In this document: in pieces, positions 8,484 to 18,337 of the stretch | Position numbering within the stretch: position 1 is the stretch's first letter | How the letters are laid out: each line of letters opens with the position of its first letter | Assembly: GCA_041657425.1 (NCBI GenBank) | Contig: JBBABY010000007.1 | Location: 1-32,000 of the forward strand | Source: an archaeon | Lineage (GTDB): Archaea > Iainarchaeota > Iainarchaeia > Iainarchaeales > CSSED10-239 | Length of the DNA: 32,000 nt | Direction: 5' to 3' | Notes under the pieces: model-generated | What the model was told of the DNA's origin: nothing | The model's input: the letters and a program-made list of their open reading frames with translations, nothing else | Databases searched by the model: none | Program-made: the position numbers and the translations under genes

Positions 8484-9023
8484 ATGCAATACATCCCAGA
8501 AGATTTTTTGTTGGATGTTTTCTTATTTCTTATTCCTTTTTATTTTATATTTTTAGTTGATAGAATTACTATTATTTCTCAGGTTTTTAGATCACAAGGA
8601 TTAATTAAAAAACCATTTTGGGAAATTCTTAAGCAAACAGTTATTATTTTCTTTTTGCTTTTTTGTTTAAGCTATGCTCTTGGATTATTTTCTTATTTGT
8701 TTGGAGTTTCTGATTTAGAACTTGTAGGCGAAGAAATACTAAAGATTTCTCCAATACTTATTATTTATCTTTTTGTTATTAGAGTATTTATGGAAGAATG
8801 GTTCTTTAGGGGATTTCTTACACCAAGGATTGGAGCGATATTCTCTAGTGCTTTATTTGCAGTTGGGCATTTTGCTTATGGCTCATGGGTAGAAGTACTT
8901 GGGGCCTTTATTCTTGGGTTATTTCTTGCAAAAATGTATGAGAAAACAGGAAATCTTTGGCCAAATGTGTTTGCGCATACACTTTATAATTTTGTAATTT
9001 ATTTATTTATGATTGCATTATAA
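8484..9023 (+). CDS. CPBP-family intramembrane glutamic endopeptidase (CAAX protease/Abi-like)
   Basis: It is multi-TM, with the motifs EEWFFRGFL (EExxxR), FAVGH (FxxxH) and HTLYNF. Confidence 0.8.
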   Translation: MQYIPEDFLLDVFLFLIPFYFIFLVDRITIISQVFRSQGLIKKPFWEILKQTVIIFFLLFCLSYALGLFSYLFGVSDLELVGEEILKISPILIIYLFVIRVFMEEWFFRGFLTPRIGAIFSSALFAVGHFAYGSWVEVLGAFILGLFLAKMYEKTGNLWPNVFAHTLYNFVIYLFMIAL

Positions 9024-9507
9024 ATTAAACTAAATTAACTGATTTTAGTTAAAAATAACTTTTTCTCGTTAATCGTTTGCTAACTACTCAATTTGGGGGC
9101 GCTTAATCACTGCCCAAAATATGTTACATTAACTTGAATTTAAGTATTCCAAAAGATACATCAAATCGCCACCAGTATATATATACTGCCATCTACATAT
9201 ATATTTTGGAATTTGGTATAACAATCCAAACAATTCTAGCAAAACTAGATAAGGAGCAAAAACGGATTAAAACCAACGTAATCTTCCAGGGGGGGTCGAA
9301 AAGATTGCTGTATAAAAACAAAATAACTCTGAAAAAAAAATCAGGGTCGGTATAGGCAAGAGAAATATGCTATTACCTGGCTTGAAGGTCGAAACAGAAT
9401 ATTAGTGTTGTTTTCTCTTGTCTTAAACTATTTCTTTCTCAAATCAAAACCTTTAAAAACATCTTTGGTATTATTATTTTTAATAATTAATGATTTGGTG
9501 ATGTGTT

Positions 9508-10344
9508 TTGGTAATTAAAAAAAAGGCAATTAAAAAATCAACTACAACTGTGAAAGCAAATTCTAAATTTAAAGTAGTTGTAAAATCAAAAAAGCAAGTG
9601 CTTGCAAATAAACCATTTTCTATTTTAAATAAAAAAATTACTTCTAAACCAGAATTTGGCAAATTTGATTTACACATTCATTCAAAGTTTTCTCCATGTG
9701 CAGTTATTGAACCAGAAACAATTGTTAGAAAGGCAAAGGAAGCGGGACTTAGAGGTTTTGCAATAACTGATCATAACACTATAAGGGCATGGCCAGAATT
9801 AACAAAACTTGCAAAAGAAAATGATTTAATATTTGTTCCAGGGCAAGAAATTGATGTGACGTTTAATGGGAAAAAATTAGGACACCTTTTAGCACTTTTT
9901 ACTTACGATAAAATTACTTCTAGTGATATATATGAAGTAGTAGATGAAGCAAGATCCCAATCTGCTCTTCTTTCTCTTCCGCACATGTTTGATTCAGGGA
10001 GGTATTTTAAAGGAATAGATATTTTAATGTCTAATGGTCCACTTTCTAGATATGTTCCCGCAGTTGAAACATTTAATTCAAGAGTATTAACTTCGTGTGC
10101 TAATGATTTAGCAAAAGATTTTGCACATAAGCACGGATTGCTTCAAACTGCAGGTTCTGATGCACACATGCCATACGAAATTGGAAATGGTTATGTTATT
10201 GCTAAAGCAGAAACAGAATTAGAATTATTAAGAGAAATAAAACTTGGCAGAGTAGTTGTTAACGGGCAACTTTCCGGTATTGGCCCAAGAATACACACAC
10301 TTGGAGCATATCTTAATATTGTTAAGGATAAGATGTTTAAATAA
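9508..10344 (+). CDS. PHP-domain metal-dependent phosphoesterase with a ~50-aa Lys-rich N-terminal extension; start uncertain
   Basis: DLHIHSKFSPC and FAITDHNT are PHP motifs; GSDAHMP is the distal His motif. There is no in-frame ATG before the PHP core. Candidate starts are TTG 9508, GTG 9550 and GTG 9598. Confidence 0.75.
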   Translation: MVIKKKAIKKSTTTVKANSKFKVVVKSKKQVLANKPFSILNKKITSKPEFGKFDLHIHSKFSPCAVIEPETIVRKAKEAGLRGFAITDHNTIRAWPELTKLAKENDLIFVPGQEIDVTFNGKKLGHLLALFTYDKITSSDIYEVVDEARSQSALLSLPHMFDSGRYFKGIDILMSNGPLSRYVPAVETFNSRVLTSCANDLAKDFAHKHGLLQTAGSDAHMPYEIGNGYVIAKAETELELLREIKLGRVVVNGQLSGIGPRIHTLGAYLNIVKDKMFK

Positions 10345-10352
10345 AAGATTTA

Positions 10353-11078
10353 TTAGATTGTCAATATCTTTCTTAAATTTATATTTCTATTTTCTAGATT
10401 CTTTATAATTCCTTCCATGTGTCCAGCGCCAACAACAACCACGATTGTTTCTTCTGGAATTACTTGCAAATTATATGCAATAAATTCATCTCTTTCATCA
10501 ATTAATATTTCTTTAAGTTTTTTGTGTCTTTTAGTAAACAACTTCATTATTTCTTCAATGATTTCTGATTTCTCTTCTTCATTTTCAACTTCTGACATAA
10601 GTCTATCGATATTTATTTTTTCAACTTCTTTTTTTGGAATAAATAATCCTCCAAAGATTACTTTTACTTTCTCTCCAAATGTTAATCTTTTTAGTAACTT
10701 TTGAAGAGTGATGTTTATATCTCTGTCTACAAGATAGATTTTTGCTCCAACTTCTTTTGCACCCTCAACAGCAGAGAGCATTTCCTCTCCTGGAGTGATA
10801 TTAAACTTCTTTGCAATTCCTTTTTGTAGTCCACTTAAGATATAGTTAAGAAGAAAAACAGACTTTTGTTTAGTTTTAAAAATGTTTGAAAATTTTGGTT
10901 TCTTTTGCTCTTCAGGATGCATAAGGGCATATAATCTATTAGTATCAAGCTCTACACACACAGCCGTTGGTTTCTTTTCAAGTATGATATTTTTAACTTG
11001 ATCTCTGTTTTTAGAAGACACATGAGCAGTTCCAACAATAATAATATGTTTATTTTCAAAATCAATTTCTTTAATCAT
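10353..11078 (-). CDS. TraB/PrgY/GumN-family protein
   Basis: HIIIVGTAHVSSKNRDQVKNIILEKKPTAVCVELDTNR plus the C-terminal VVVGAGHMEGI are typical of the TraB family. Confidence 0.75.
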   Translation of the reverse strand: MIKEIDFENKHIIIVGTAHVSSKNRDQVKNIILEKKPTAVCVELDTNRLYALMHPEEQKKPKFSNIFKTKQKSVFLLNYILSGLQKGIAKKFNITPGEEMLSAVEGAKEVGAKIYLVDRDINITLQKLLKRLTFGEKVKVIFGGLFIPKKEVEKINIDRLMSEVENEEEKSEIIEEIMKLFTKRHKKLKEILIDERDEFIAYNLQVIPEETIVVVVGAGHMEGIIKNLENRNINLRKILTI

Positions 11079-11127
11079 ATTTAATCTTTTCTTTAGTAGA
11101 AAGGTTTTAAAACAAAAGCTTTAAAAT

Positions 11128-11147
11128 ATATAATATATTATATAATA
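11128..11147. promoter_or_regulatory. Second copy of the palindromic TATA-like module ATATAATATATTATATAATA (TraB <-> surface protein divergent region)
   Basis: The 20-mer is identical to 2077-2096. It lies 57 nt from the TraB ATG and 41 nt from the ATG at 11177. Confidence 0.5.
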
Positions 11148-11176
11148 GTATAATAAACAATTAAAAAATGTGCTAA

Positions 11177-14100
11177 ATGATGATAGGTAAAAAACTATTA
11201 ATTATATTCGTATTTATATTACTATTAAATGGAATTTTTGCAGAAGTTACAAGTATTACAATTTCTAAAGAATATGCAAGAGACACAGGCACTATAATTA
11301 ATTTTTCAGGAACTTCTGATGAAGCTTCGGGGGTTGCACAATTGACTATATTTTCTGGTAAAAATTCAACAGGTATAGATTTTAATGCAAATATTGTAGG
11401 TAGTGCATTTGCTGGAGGATTCTATATTGATATAGATGGTGAGCCAGTTTCAGGAACAAATCCCACAATTGACACAGATAGTAATGACACAGTCACTGTT
11501 AAAGATAAATTTAATGACACAACTAATGATACGATATGGGTAGATTCTATAGAACCAAATAATGTCGCAGTATTAACAATAGCTGGAGATAATAAATTTG
11601 AAGATTATTTTTCTGGTAAAATTAATGTGAGTTATAATCCTACACTTATAACTGACTCTACATCTTCTGGAGTCGACAAGCACATTATTTATATAGTGTC
11701 AGCAGGAAGTCCAGAAAGTTATTCTAGTTCTACAAAGAAATTCATAAATAATAATGATGTAGGCACAAAAGATATTAATTCTTTGTCTCCAGTAATTGCA
11801 GATGGAAATTATTATGTAGTCGTTGATGCAAATGATTTAGCAGGAAACGTATCAACATCTCTACAAGTTCTTGCTACAAAAAAGAATGTTTATTTTGATA
11901 ACACAAAACCATCAATTTCCTCTGTTAAATTAGATTCCACTACTGCAACAATAGCAAGCAATAAAATTTATACTGGGGATACAAATTTTAGTTTAACAGT
12001 TCTATTAACAGAAGTATCTGGTGTAAAAGCAAGTAGTAGTTTAACTTTAATTCGTCCAGATTCTGGGTCAAGACTTAGTAATTACGATATTACAAACGGA
12101 TTTGTGATAAATTCTGAAGACATAGCAGGTGTATGGGTTACAGGAGATATTTTTAAAATTTCAATTGATGCAAATGATAATGTAAATAACAGATATACTT
12201 CTGATTTTAATATTATTGTTGATCTTAATGCGCCACCAGTTCCAGTAACAACTGCAGTAATAGAAGATGTAGATAAAAATGTTACAATTACTTGGACAGC
12301 AGTTACAGATACAGGTGGTTCTCAATTAAAAGAATATAAAGTTTATAGAAGTTCTTCTTCTTTTACAACAACACTTCCATCAACACTTATTTGTACAACG
12401 ACATTATTAACTTGTATGGATACAACAGAGAAAGATTCAGATGAAAGTTATTTTTATGGTGCTGTTGCAATTGATAATGCTGGAAATATCAGTTCTGCAA
12501 ATACCGATTCAGTAACTACTGGTCCAGAATGTACTGTAACAATTAATGATGATAATGATTTTACAAATTTAGCAACAGTTAATTTAGATTTAACTTTCTC
12601 AGAGGATGTTAATGAAATGTCTTTTAGTTGTAACGGAACTACGTTTTCTACATATGTTGCTGAAGATGATATAGCCACTTTTAATATAACTTCAGGAAAT
12701 GGTTGTAGTACTACAAATGAAGAAAAAACTGTTTATTTTAGAGTAAAAACTGATGATGAAGATGATCCAAGAACAACAATTTGTACAGATGAAATATATT
12801 ATGATACAACGGACCCAGATGTGCCAACAGGATTAACTGCACAGACATTAATAAATGGTGCCATAAAATTAACTTGGACAGAATCTGATGATGAAAATAC
12901 AGATTCGTTAATTAATTATAGGATTTATTACGCAGACACAAATGTTACTACTTCTTCAAGTTATAAAGAAGTAGAAGATTCATCAACCTATACTTATCAA
13001 CCAAATGCAGATGTAAATTTATATTTTAAAATTAGTGCAATTGATGAAGCAGGAAATGAATCAAATTTAAGTTCAGCAGTTCTTGGAATTGCAAAAAAGA
13101 TTGGAGCGGATTTTACAATAACAATAGGACAGTCAAATGATCTTAATAACGTAGTTTATGTTGGCGCAGGATCGCAGACCATTACTTTTGAAAGTGATGA
13201 ATCGTTAACAGGAAATCCAGTAGTAAGTGTTAAACAAGCAAGCGATGCTTACACAACAATAACGTCTACTTATGATAATACCACCAGAAAAGGAACGGCA
13301 TCATTTAATTTTACAAAATCAGGAGTAGGGATAATTAAGATTACTGCCACAAATACAAGTAGTGAATCATCAATTACCGAATATACATTTACAATTGATG
13401 CAAATATTCCAGATTATAATTTTGGACATACTAATCCTAATCCAGCAACCTACCATTTTTATTTATCAAATCTTCCAACAGATATCTATAGAGTAAGATA
13501 TATACTTGATTCAAAAACTGAAATTTGTTTTAAAGAATTAGTTACTGATTATAATTGTACATATGACGCAAATACAACTGCAGATGGTAATCACATAATA
13601 GTAATTCAATTATATGATAAAGCATTAAATGTTAAAGAAAAATCATTCTCATTTGTTTTAAATCTTGTTGATGAAGACCAGGTTACTTGTGATGAATTAA
13701 AAATTGTTGTTGCAACTAAATTAGGAAAAGTATTAGAAGATTTAGATTTATTTACTGCTGTTGGAATAGATAAAGATTTAGATAAGACCATTCCTGAAAA
13801 ATTAACAATAGTTACTGCAAAGAAAACTACGGGAGATGGAAACTATTCTGCAAATAATTTTGCAATAGCTAAAGACGAATACACATTTGCAAAAAATGAA
13901 TTAATATTAATTGAAGAATTATTACCTAAGATTAGTATATTTAAAACAACAACAACAACAACAATTTTTGATGAAAATACCGTAGTTCCTGAAACCATGA
14001 TCTTAGATGCAAATATAATTACAAAAACTAAGGCATTATATACTGAAAAATCAATTTCTGTAGATAGAAACTTTGAGATAATAAAAATCGGTGTTCAAAA

Positions 14101-14722
14101 TTTCTTTTCAATAACTTTATCTGTTAAAAATACAAGTGCAACAGAAAAAACAATAACCATAATTGAAGAAATTCCAAAATCATTTGCAGGTAATATTTCT
14201 CAATTATCTTTTAATAATAAAATAGATGTATTAGTTAAAGATCCAATAATTAAATATACAATGAAAATTCCTGCAAGTTCTTCAAAAGAAATAACTTATA
14301 GATTATTAAAACCAGTAACTGAAGTAGATATGGTTACGAAATACAATACTATTAAATTTGCAAGCCCATTAATTATTGATGGAAATATAACTAGCGCTCA
14401 ATTAAATATTAAACGCCCAGTAAATACTAACATTTTGATTTATTTAATATCAATAATTATTGTATTTATAATTATTGTTGTAATAATTGGAGCAATATCA
14501 AATTATAAACAAAAACTAAATGTTACAGTTAAGCCTGATTCTAAGAAATTAATGTACGATTATTTAGGAATTACTGATAGTAATAAAACTGCTGCAGAAA
14601 ACAATACGACTACACAAAATACAAAAGATCAAAAATCACAATCAGAAACTAAAAAATCAGACTCTGGGGAAAAATTTCAAGAAGATTATGATTATATTCT
14701 TTCTGCAATTAAAAAAAGGTAA
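11177..14722 (+). CDS. Large cell-surface protein: signal peptide, Fn3-like modules, many N-x-S/T sequons, C-terminal TM anchor and cytoplasmic tail
   Basis: The N-terminal signal is KKLLIIFVFILLLNGIFA. Fn3-like segments are VTITWTAVTDTGGSQLKEYKVYR and IKLTWTESDD..INYRIYY. The TM segment is ILIYLISIIIVFIIIVVIIGAI near the C-terminus. Confidence 0.7.
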   Translation: MMIGKKLLIIFVFILLLNGIFAEVTSITISKEYARDTGTIINFSGTSDEASGVAQLTIFSGKNSTGIDFNANIVGSAFAGGFYIDIDGEPVSGTNPTIDTDSNDTVTVKDKFNDTTNDTIWVDSIEPNNVAVLTIAGDNKFEDYFSGKINVSYNPTLITDSTSSGVDKHIIYIVSAGSPESYSSSTKKFINNNDVGTKDINSLSPVIADGNYYVVVDANDLAGNVSTSLQVLATKKNVYFDNTKPSISSVKLDSTTATIASNKIYTGDTNFSLTVLLTEVSGVKASSSLTLIRPDSGSRLSNYDITNGFVINSEDIAGVWVTGDIFKISIDANDNVNNRYTSDFNIIVDLNAPPVPVTTAVIEDVDKNVTITWTAVTDTGGSQLKEYKVYRSSSSFTTTLPSTLICTTTLLTCMDTTEKDSDESYFYGAVAIDNAGNISSANTDSVTTGPECTVTINDDNDFTNLATVNLDLTFSEDVNEMSFSCNGTTFSTYVAEDDIATFNITSGNGCSTTNEEKTVYFRVKTDDEDDPRTTICTDEIYYDTTDPDVPTGLTAQTLINGAIKLTWTESDDENTDSLINYRIYYADTNVTTSSSYKEVEDSSTYTYQPNADVNLYFKISAIDEAGNESNLSSAVLGIAKKIGADFTITIGQSNDLNNVVYVGAGSQTITFESDESLTGNPVVSVKQASDAYTTITSTYDNTTRKGTASFNFTKSGVGIIKITATNTSSESSITEYTFTIDANIPDYNFGHTNPNPATYHFYLSNLPTDIYRVRYILDSKTEICFKELVTDYNCTYDANTTADGNHIIVIQLYDKALNVKEKSFSFVLNLVDEDQVTCDELKIVVATKLGKVLEDLDLFTAVGIDKDLDKTIPEKLTIVTAKKTTGDGNYSANNFAIAKDEYTFAKNELILIEELLPKISIFKTTTTTTIFDENTVVPETMILDANIITKTKALYTEKSISVDRNFEIIKIGVQNFFSITLSVKNTSATEKTITIIEEIPKSFAGNISQLSFNNKIDVLVKDPIIKYTMKIPASSSKEITYRLLKPVTEVDMVTKYNTIKFASPLIIDGNITSAQLNIKRPVNTNILIYLISIIIVFIIIVVIIGAISNYKQKLNVTVKPDSKKLMYDYLGITDSNKTAAENNTTTQNTKDQKSQSETKKSDSGEKFQEDYDYILSAIKKR

Positions 14723-14728
14723 ATACAA

Positions 14729-15913
14729 ATGATTAAAGGATTAGAGACAAAAGTAGTAATTGTTGGAGGGGGCCCAGCAGGGTTGTATTGTGCATATTTA
14801 ATTAAAAGATTTAATCCGCAGATATATGTAACACTTATTGAAAGCGATAAAGAAATTGGGGTTCCAGTAACTTGTACAGGCCATGTATCAATTGTGGGTT
14901 TAAAAAAATTAAAATTAACTCCATTTCTAGATATTGATAAATTAGTAGTAAATAGAATAAGAGGAGCAAGAGTTCATGGTTCTAATAAAGCCGAATTGGA
15001 ATTTAGAACTAAGAAATTCCAAACAGTTGTTTTAAATAGAGAAATCTTTGATAAAGAAATAGAAAAGCTTGCCAGAAATGTAGGCATAGAAATATTATTA
15101 GAGCATCAAGTAGTTGAAGTTAAAGAAGATTCAATTGCAGTTAATATCTTAGCAGAAAATAGATTGATTTATCTAGATTATAGTTATTTGATTGGAGCAG
15201 ATGGTCCAAATTCTATTGTGAGAAATAGTTTTTTTGAAAAACCAACAACTGATGATTTTATTACAACTTATCAAGTAACTGCTAATGGGGATTTTACAAA
15301 AGATTTGGTTGATATTTATTTTGGAGAATTTTCTAAATCTTTCTTTGGTTGGGTGGTCCCAGAAAGTGCAACAGTTGCAAGAATTGGAATTGGCGTGCCT
15401 TTGGGGAAAAATCCAAGAATTGCTTTTGATCAATTTTTAGAAAAAAAAAATCTTAAAATTACAAATTTAAAATTTAATACCGCTGGGGTTATTCCGATTG
15501 CTAAGCCAATGAATAGCTATATTGAAAAAAATAAACTGCTTATTGGAGATGCAGCTTGTTTTGTTAAAGCAACAAGCGGTGGCGGGTTAATCTTTGGACT
15601 TGCAAGTGCGGAATGCGCTGCAAAAGCAATAACTGAAAGATTAAAAAATTTTAAGGACGTAAAAAGCTATAATAAACATTTACGCTCATATATTATGGAA
15701 CTAAATATACATTATAAACTTCATAAATATATAAATAAGCAAACAAATTTTGAATTTGATAATTTATTATTAAAGTTAAAAGATGCAGGAATAGAAGAAT
15801 TTTTGAATAGCAATGGAAATATTGATTATCCAAGCGAATTTATTCCAAAATTAATATTTTATCCAAAGTTTTTATTATTCTATAATGAAATAATCAATAT
15901 AATTAAATCTTAA
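14729..15913 (+). CDS. FAD-dependent geranylgeranyl reductase family oxidoreductase
   Basis: VVIVGGGPAGLYCA is the dinucleotide fold; GADGPNSIVR and LIGDAACFVKATSGGGL are also present. It starts 6 nt after the preceding CDS. Confidence 0.75.
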   Translation: MIKGLETKVVIVGGGPAGLYCAYLIKRFNPQIYVTLIESDKEIGVPVTCTGHVSIVGLKKLKLTPFLDIDKLVVNRIRGARVHGSNKAELEFRTKKFQTVVLNREIFDKEIEKLARNVGIEILLEHQVVEVKEDSIAVNILAENRLIYLDYSYLIGADGPNSIVRNSFFEKPTTDDFITTYQVTANGDFTKDLVDIYFGEFSKSFFGWVVPESATVARIGIGVPLGKNPRIAFDQFLEKKNLKITNLKFNTAGVIPIAKPMNSYIEKNKLLIGDAACFVKATSGGGLIFGLASAECAAKAITERLKNFKDVKSYNKHLRSYIMELNIHYKLHKYINKQTNFEFDNLLLKLKDAGIEEFLNSNGNIDYPSEFIPKLIFYPKFLLFYNEIINIIKS

Positions 15914-15928
15914 ATTGGAGGAAAAAAT

Positions 15929-17929
15929 ATGAGAAAAATAATATTAAGCATTTTATTGCTTTTATGTTTAAGCATGACTGGATTAATTTATGCTGATGGA
16001 GAAGGAAATGGAAATGGAACAGGCGCTGCTGATGATTTAGCGGTTTGTCCAACAGACATGTTTACGTGTCCTAGCGGGATGTTAGTTCCAAGAATTCAGG
16101 AACTGAATTGTGAATTTGCACCATGTCCTGAGTATGTTGGTCTTGAAAAAATTGATGAAAGTATAGATACAGGGGCAGACGAGGTAGATTTTGAAACTCA
16201 CGCAAGTGATAGTTCTACAACTGATAACTCCATTTCAGAAACTCCAACCATGACGTTGGCAGTTGAAACAGAATGTCAAACAAAAATCCAAGCAATTAAT
16301 GAACAAATTATTGCAAAAGATAAAAATTATAAAGATGAATTAAAATTATTATTGCCTGGATATTATGCAGCAAGAGCAAAATATCTTAATGCAGTGGTTG
16401 CATATAAAGAATGTGTATCTAGAAAAATTTCTGATAAATTAAATTCAGTAACAACTTCTGCAAGTTCACAATCTGGCGGGTCAGGAATGACTGCAAATGT
16501 GGTTGTTGCAAATGCAAACGCAAATATAAATCGCAGATTGATTGCACAAAATGCAAGTGTTGTTCCAAATCTACAAACGGCTACTGCAACAAGCGCAATT
16601 ATGCCAGTTGATACAATCAATGTAGATGAATTAGATTTAGAAATTATAGAATTGCCTGATACTAATGCAACTTATTGTAAGGATCAAAGAGCGGTATTAA
16701 AGACAGAACAAACTGAATTAAAAGCAGAGATATTGAAAATAAATACATTAAGAGAAAAGTATAAATCAGATTATACAGAAATACAAACTTTAGAAACACA
16801 AAAAAAAGAATTAGTGAAAAGTTGTTATCCTGAAAGAGCTTTACCAGGTATGATGGCAGATTGTAAAGTTTCAAAGGAATTATTAGAAAAGAGAAAAGAA
16901 TTAGAAAAACAATTAATGAAATTACAAAATGAATTCACTTCAGAAAATAGTGCAAATAAAGAAGAATTCATTGCTACATATAAACAAGTAAAAGAAGAAC
17001 ACAGAATGATTTCTGAAAAAATTAGTTCCATAGAAAGTACATGTAAGCAAACTGCAAGAATAATGACTCAAGAAAATAGATGTCAACCAAATGAAGGATT
17101 GATGCAAGAAATAAATAAAATAAAAAATAGTTTATCTATAGAAACAGATCCTGATAAGATATATCAGTTAAAAACTGCATTAGAGTATGCTCTTAAAAAG
17201 ATGAATAATGGATGTGGGATTAGTAATCTTGGAGATGTTTCAACAACTGCAACTAATGCACAGCCAATTTCTGAAGCAGAGATGTTAAGACAAGAAATTC
17301 AAAGATTAAAATCACAGATTCAAGATAAAGATAAAGAAATTAACTCTTTAAGGGAATCAATGAGAGCATTTACTGGCGAAATGAAAGTCGCTAATGCGGA
17401 ACAAAAGACAAAGTTATTAGAAGATAACTTTGAAAAAGTTTTAGAACATACAACGGCAGTAATCACCAGTAGAATTGCAAAATTAAAAGAAAAGATTAAT
17501 GAGATAGAAACTTCAAAAACAATTTCTGAAGAAAATAAAGTGAAGATAATTTCAGATCTAAATGATAGAATCGCTTCATTAAATCAAATCTTAGATAAAT
17601 TAGCTAATGCTATAACCGCTGACGAATTAAAACAGATTATGGCTGATTCAAAAGTTATTGATGAACACGCAATTCTTGAAGGAAGAATTACTTCATTAAA
17701 TCAAAGTATTTCAAAGTTAAATGAGATTTTAGAGAAATATTATGTCACTTCAGATAAATATGAAACTTATAAAGCAAGTATAACTGAATTATTAACAAAA
17801 GTTTCAACATTAACTGAAGATACAACTAAAGACGAATTTGAAATCGTAGTTAACGAATATAAAGATTTAAAGCGAAAGATAATTGATGAAGGAAAAAACG
17901 TGAAACTAAAAGCAGAGGTGAATAATTAA
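15929..17929 (+). CDS. Secreted protein: signal peptide, six-Cys N-terminal knob, ~550-aa coiled coil
   Basis: The signal peptide is KIILSILLLLCLSMTGLIYA. It is followed by CPTDMFTCPSG....ELNCEFAPCPE and then long heptad-like K/E/L/I-rich sequence. Confidence 0.6.
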   Translation: MRKIILSILLLLCLSMTGLIYADGEGNGNGTGAADDLAVCPTDMFTCPSGMLVPRIQELNCEFAPCPEYVGLEKIDESIDTGADEVDFETHASDSSTTDNSISETPTMTLAVETECQTKIQAINEQIIAKDKNYKDELKLLLPGYYAARAKYLNAVVAYKECVSRKISDKLNSVTTSASSQSGGSGMTANVVVANANANINRRLIAQNASVVPNLQTATATSAIMPVDTINVDELDLEIIELPDTNATYCKDQRAVLKTEQTELKAEILKINTLREKYKSDYTEIQTLETQKKELVKSCYPERALPGMMADCKVSKELLEKRKELEKQLMKLQNEFTSENSANKEEFIATYKQVKEEHRMISEKISSIESTCKQTARIMTQENRCQPNEGLMQEINKIKNSLSIETDPDKIYQLKTALEYALKKMNNGCGISNLGDVSTTATNAQPISEAEMLRQEIQRLKSQIQDKDKEINSLRESMRAFTGEMKVANAEQKTKLLEDNFEKVLEHTTAVITSRIAKLKEKINEIETSKTISEENKVKIISDLNDRIASLNQILDKLANAITADELKQIMADSKVIDEHAILEGRITSLNQSISKLNEILEKYYVTSDKYETYKASITELLTKVSTLTEDTTKDEFEIVVNEYKDLKRKIIDEGKNVKLKAEVNN

Positions 17930-18141
17930 TGGATAAAAAATTATTAATTATCGGAGGAGTTGTTCTTTTGGTGTTGATTGTTGTAGGACTATTTGTGTTT
18001 ACTGGTAGTAGTGAAAGTAAAGACAGTGCAGATACAACAAACATCACAAATCCAGCACTTCAAGCAGATTTAGATGCATTAAATCAAGGCGATATAGCTC
18101 TTGATTCTAATGAAATTTCAGAAATTATAGAAGTAAACTAA
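17929..18141 (+). CDS. Small single-pass membrane protein, translationally coupled (TAATG overlap)
   Basis: It has an N-terminal TM segment LLIIGGVVLLVLIVVGLFVF. Its start overlaps the stop of the previous CDS by 1 nt. Confidence 0.5.
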   Translation: MDKKLLIIGGVVLLVLIVVGLFVFTGSSESKDSADTTNITNPALQADLDALNQGDIALDSNEISEIIEVN

Positions 18142-18235
18142 TCTTTTACATTCTATTTTATTTCTTTTTTATTTTAATTCTATTTATAAAAATAACTGTT
18201 TATAAATTATATATCAGTTAAGACCTTTAATTAAT

Positions 18236-18308
18236 AGCCCGATAGTGTAGTGGCCAAGCATGCAAGGCTTTGAACCTTGCGACAGGAGTTCGAATCTCTT
18301 TCGGGCTA
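18236..18308 (+). tRNA. tRNA-Gln (anticodon UUG)
   Basis: Hand-folded cloverleaf: acceptor agcccga/tcgggct, D stem gtgt/gcat, anticodon stem caagg/ccttg with loop cTTTGaa, T stem aggag/ctctt with loop ttcgaat. It has an A1:U72 pair, as in archaeal tRNA-Gln. A TATA-like tttataaatta lies about 26 nt upstream. Confidence 0.9.
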
Positions 18309-18337
18309 TCAGTAAAGGCATTTAAAACAACCAAAAA

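Noticed and set aside
9090-9425. Assigning the GC-island region to RNase P RNA or SRP RNA
   Set aside because: An ACAGAA string (9392-9397) and GCTTGA resemble RNase P CR-V/L15 fragments. However, I found no CR-I (GAGGAAAGUCC), no plausible P4 pairing and no SRP helix-8 AGG...GNAR...AGCA motif. Naming it would be a guess.
9134-9677. ORFs 9134-9355 (+) and 9480-9677 (-) in or near the long intergenic gap
   Set aside because: The first has a TTG start, no SD and a low-complexity translation. The second is antisense to the PHP gene start. The region is better treated as non-coding or a candidate RNA.
10417-17031. Antisense or embedded ORFs 10417-10704, 12454-12678, 13606-13791, 15173-15433, 16363-16620, 16662-16874 and 16825-17031
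   Set aside because: All are nested antisense within longer ORFs that have clear domain signatures or signal peptides.
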